NCBI GenBank assembly: GCA_003538775.1
Contig: DPRG01000105.1
Coordinates: forward strand, 12,476 to 76,475
Direction: 5' to 3'
DNA from: Thermotogota bacterium
GTDB lineage: Bacteria > Thermotogota > Thermotogae > UBA12178
DNA: 64,000 nucleotides
Shown: positions 61,991 through 64,000 of the stretch, piece by piece
Position numbering within the stretch: the first letter of the stretch is position 1
Layout of the letters: every line of letters begins with the position of its first letter
Made by a program: the position numbers and the translations under genes
The notes under the pieces: generated by a model
Seen by the model: only the letters and a program-made list of their open reading frames with translations
Database searches by the model: none
Told to the model about the DNA's origin: nothing

Positions 61991-62019
61991 TTGACATTTG
62001 GTGATATATCATATATCAT
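61991..62019 (+). promoter_or_regulatory. candidate sigma-70 promoter TTGACA-N17-TATCAT overlapping tandem ATATATCAT repeats
   Basis: Consensus -35 and 5/6 -10 with 17-nt spacer, seen directly. Confidence 0.5.
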
Positions 62020-62058
62020 ATATTATGCAGGACCATTTGGTTATGGAGGTGTAGTTTT

Positions 62059-62721
62059 CTGGTAACTAAGCAAACCCTCACGGAGCAGGTCTACCAGTAT
62101 TTGAAGAATGAAATCACAAACTTGTCTCTACCACCTGGAACAAAGATTGAGATAAATAAAATTACTAAGAAATTGGGTGTTAGTCCCACTCCTGTACGTG
62201 AAGCTATTCACAAGTTGATCCAGCGAGGGCTTGTGGTGGCCAGACCTTATACTGGCTTTTTCGTTGTAAGGCTTTCACCTAAAGACGTTGAAGAGCTTTT
62301 TGATTTGCGTAAGGCTCTTGAGCTGTTGGCTATGCGTTATGTAATGCAAGACCTTGATGAACAAAAGGTTGAGCATCTCCTTTACAAAATAGATCGACTC
62401 ATAGAAAAAGCGAGTAACGAGGAGCTCATAGAGGGTGTCAGGGAATTCGATGAGGAGTTCCATCTGAAATTTCTCATAGGGACTTCTGGAAATAGATGGT
62501 TGACCAAGATGGCAAATGGTGTGATCGATCTGGTGAAAATGACAACTCGAATGACTTTGAATCCTCATGTTGCTTGTAAAGAACACAAAGATATTTTAGA
62601 GGCAATGAGAGCAAAAAAACCCGAACTCGCTGGTTCACTTCTTGAAAAACACTTGGATAGGTCGAAACAGGACGCTGTTGAAGCAATTAAAAAGGCAATG
62701 CTGGAGGGACTTCATTTATGA
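62059..62721 (+). CDS. GntR-family (FadR/VanR-type) transcriptional regulator
   Basis: HTH ITKKLGVSPTPVREAIHKL and FCD C-terminal domain; N-terminus (QTLTEQVYQYLKNEI) requires a start upstream of the track TTG 62101; only CTG 62059 after GGAGGTG is available in frame. Confidence 0.7.
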   Translation: MVTKQTLTEQVYQYLKNEITNLSLPPGTKIEINKITKKLGVSPTPVREAIHKLIQRGLVVARPYTGFFVVRLSPKDVEELFDLRKALELLAMRYVMQDLDEQKVEHLLYKIDRLIEKASNEELIEGVREFDEEFHLKFLIGTSGNRWLTKMANGVIDLVKMTTRMTLNPHVACKEHKDILEAMRAKKPELAGSLLEKHLDRSKQDAVEAIKKAMLEGLHL

Positions 62722-63977
62722 AAGCGGGTGCTTCATCTGTTTGTATAACTCCTCCTTCGGGGGTGGTACTTGAGGGTTATGCGTCGCGTAGGGGTGTAGC
62801 GTACGGTGTCCACGATGACCTTTACGTGTCATCTCTTTGGCTTGAAGTGGGCGGCAAAACGTTTGTTTTTTCATCACTTGATGTGCTAGGGATTCCGAAT
62901 ACCTTGGATTCTGTAGTTCGCTCGAGAGTTTTGGAAGAATTTGGAGTTTCTCCTGACAATCTAATGTTGACGGCAACACATACTCACTCTGGACCAGCTT
63001 TGCTTGGACTGCAAGAAGGGAACCAGTTGAACGAATTCTGGCTGAAGTTGCTTCCAGAGCATATTTTAGGAAGTATCAGAATGGCAAAGCATGCAGCCGA
63101 GAGTTGTTTCATGACGACAGGAACAACAAGTGAACCAGAGATTGGAAAAAACAGAAGAAAGCCAGGAGGACCTACCGATCCTACTTTGACTGCAGTGGCA
63201 TTTTGGAAAAAAGGAACAAAAGATTGCATAGCTGTGCTGATCAATTATGCATGCCATGCTACGGTGTTGGATCACAATAACTTGCTAATATCTTCTGATT
63301 TTGTCGGACCGCTAAGGGAAACAATACTAAATATGAAGGAATTCAAAGGCAGTGTTGTGTTGTTTTTCAACGGAGCAGAAGGTGATGTGAACATAGGCTA
63401 TTCTGCTGAAAAAAGTGCTTTAGGAAAGTCTGTGGAAGTCCGGAGAGACTTTGAAACAGCGGTGAGGATCGGAAAAGTTCTCGCCTTAGATGCGCTCCTG
63501 GCTTTGGAAAAAGGGACAAAAGTGGATGGAGAATTTCCTGTTTTCTCCTTATACAGGAGAATTCGAGTGCCAGCAAGAAAACCAAGAGATGTGGAAGAAA
63601 TTAAAAGAGATCTCACGTCCACTACCGACGAATTAGAAAAATTCTTCCTTAGCGAAGAATTGAAAGTTAGCGGATCTCTTCCACAGGAGGTCGATCTTCC
63701 GCTTCATTTAATAAGATTGCCAAATTTGACCATCTTTGCTCTTCCGGTTGAACCGTTTTCCGAGATTGGATTGCGTTTGAGAGCGTTGGTGAAAAACGGC
63801 AACGTTATGATCGTAAGCATGGCAAATGGATGGTATGGTTATCTACCAACCAAAGAGGCTTTCCAAGAGGGGGGTTACGAAACTCGTTTGGGACGATGGT
63901 CGTATCTTTCTGAAGATGCTGCCAATGAGATTGTCAATAAGCTCAAAACTATGTTGGAAGGGAGAGTGAACGTGTGA
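62718..63977 (+). CDS. neutral/alkaline ceramidase N-terminal-domain family hydrolase
   Basis: AGASSVCITPP...LEGY..R, HDDL, TATHTHSGP motifs of the neutral ceramidase family; ATGA overlap with gntR. Confidence 0.55.
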   Translation: MKAGASSVCITPPSGVVLEGYASRRGVAYGVHDDLYVSSLWLEVGGKTFVFSSLDVLGIPNTLDSVVRSRVLEEFGVSPDNLMLTATHTHSGPALLGLQEGNQLNEFWLKLLPEHILGSIRMAKHAAESCFMTTGTTSEPEIGKNRRKPGGPTDPTLTAVAFWKKGTKDCIAVLINYACHATVLDHNNLLISSDFVGPLRETILNMKEFKGSVVLFFNGAEGDVNIGYSAEKSALGKSVEVRRDFETAVRIGKVLALDALLALEKGTKVDGEFPVFSLYRRIRVPARKPRDVEEIKRDLTSTTDELEKFFLSEELKVSGSLPQEVDLPLHLIRLPNLTIFALPVEPFSEIGLRLRALVKNGNVMIVSMANGWYGYLPTKEAFQEGGYETRLGRWSYLSEDAANEIVNKLKTMLEGRVNV

Positions 63978-64000
63978 AGCTCAATCTGTGTTGGTTGTAC

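Overview
This 64-kb window is densely coding chromosomal DNA (about 70 CDS, both strands) from a thermophilic, fermentative anaerobe. Gene content (buk-ptb-buk2 fused to a four-subunit 2-oxoacid:ferredoxin oxidoreductase, TreT trehalose synthase, class-I fumarase, ClpX, Era) and GGAGGTG-type ribosome-binding sites point to a Thermotogota-like organism. I found no rRNA, tRNA, CRISPR array or IS/transposase. The main blocks, in order:

- **Polyamine operon (minus strand):** XRE-cupin regulator, speH, speE, an FmdB zinc-ribbon protein and a membrane protein.
- **Branched-chain amino-acid fermentation supercluster:** aminotransferase, buk, ptb, buk2, an unknown P-loop protein, vorDABC and gdh.
- **Biosynthetic pair:** a DHOD-like flavoprotein fused to a ferredoxin domain, then thrC.
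- **Lipoylated 2-oxoacid dehydrogenase (minus strand):** E1alpha, E1beta, E2 with lplA and a PNPOx-like protein, but no E3.
- **Housekeeping and regulators:** radA, glpX, an ECF sigma/anti-sigma module, cysS, tdk.
- **LacI regulon:** a LacI-family regulator and FGGY kinase divergent from a roughly 14-kb plus-strand operon. That operon holds two TRAP transporters, a fucose-isomerase-like gene, two DapA-family lyases and a complete corrinoid-dependent methyltransferase system (URO-D/MtaA-like, B12-binding MtaC-like, MtaB-like, RamA-type reductive activase). This methyltransferase module is the most unusual content of the window.
- **Remaining genes:** PEGA protein, amino-acid ABC transporter, treT, clpX, tsaD, MFS transporters, an orphan 2Fe-2S subunit with a MocA-like gene, a fully degenerate ABC-ATPase homolog, era, fumAB, prmA, and a GntR regulator with a ceramidase-like gene.

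Several start codons were reassigned from the ORF track using RBS spacing. All functional calls rest on motif and homology recognition by eye, not on database searches.
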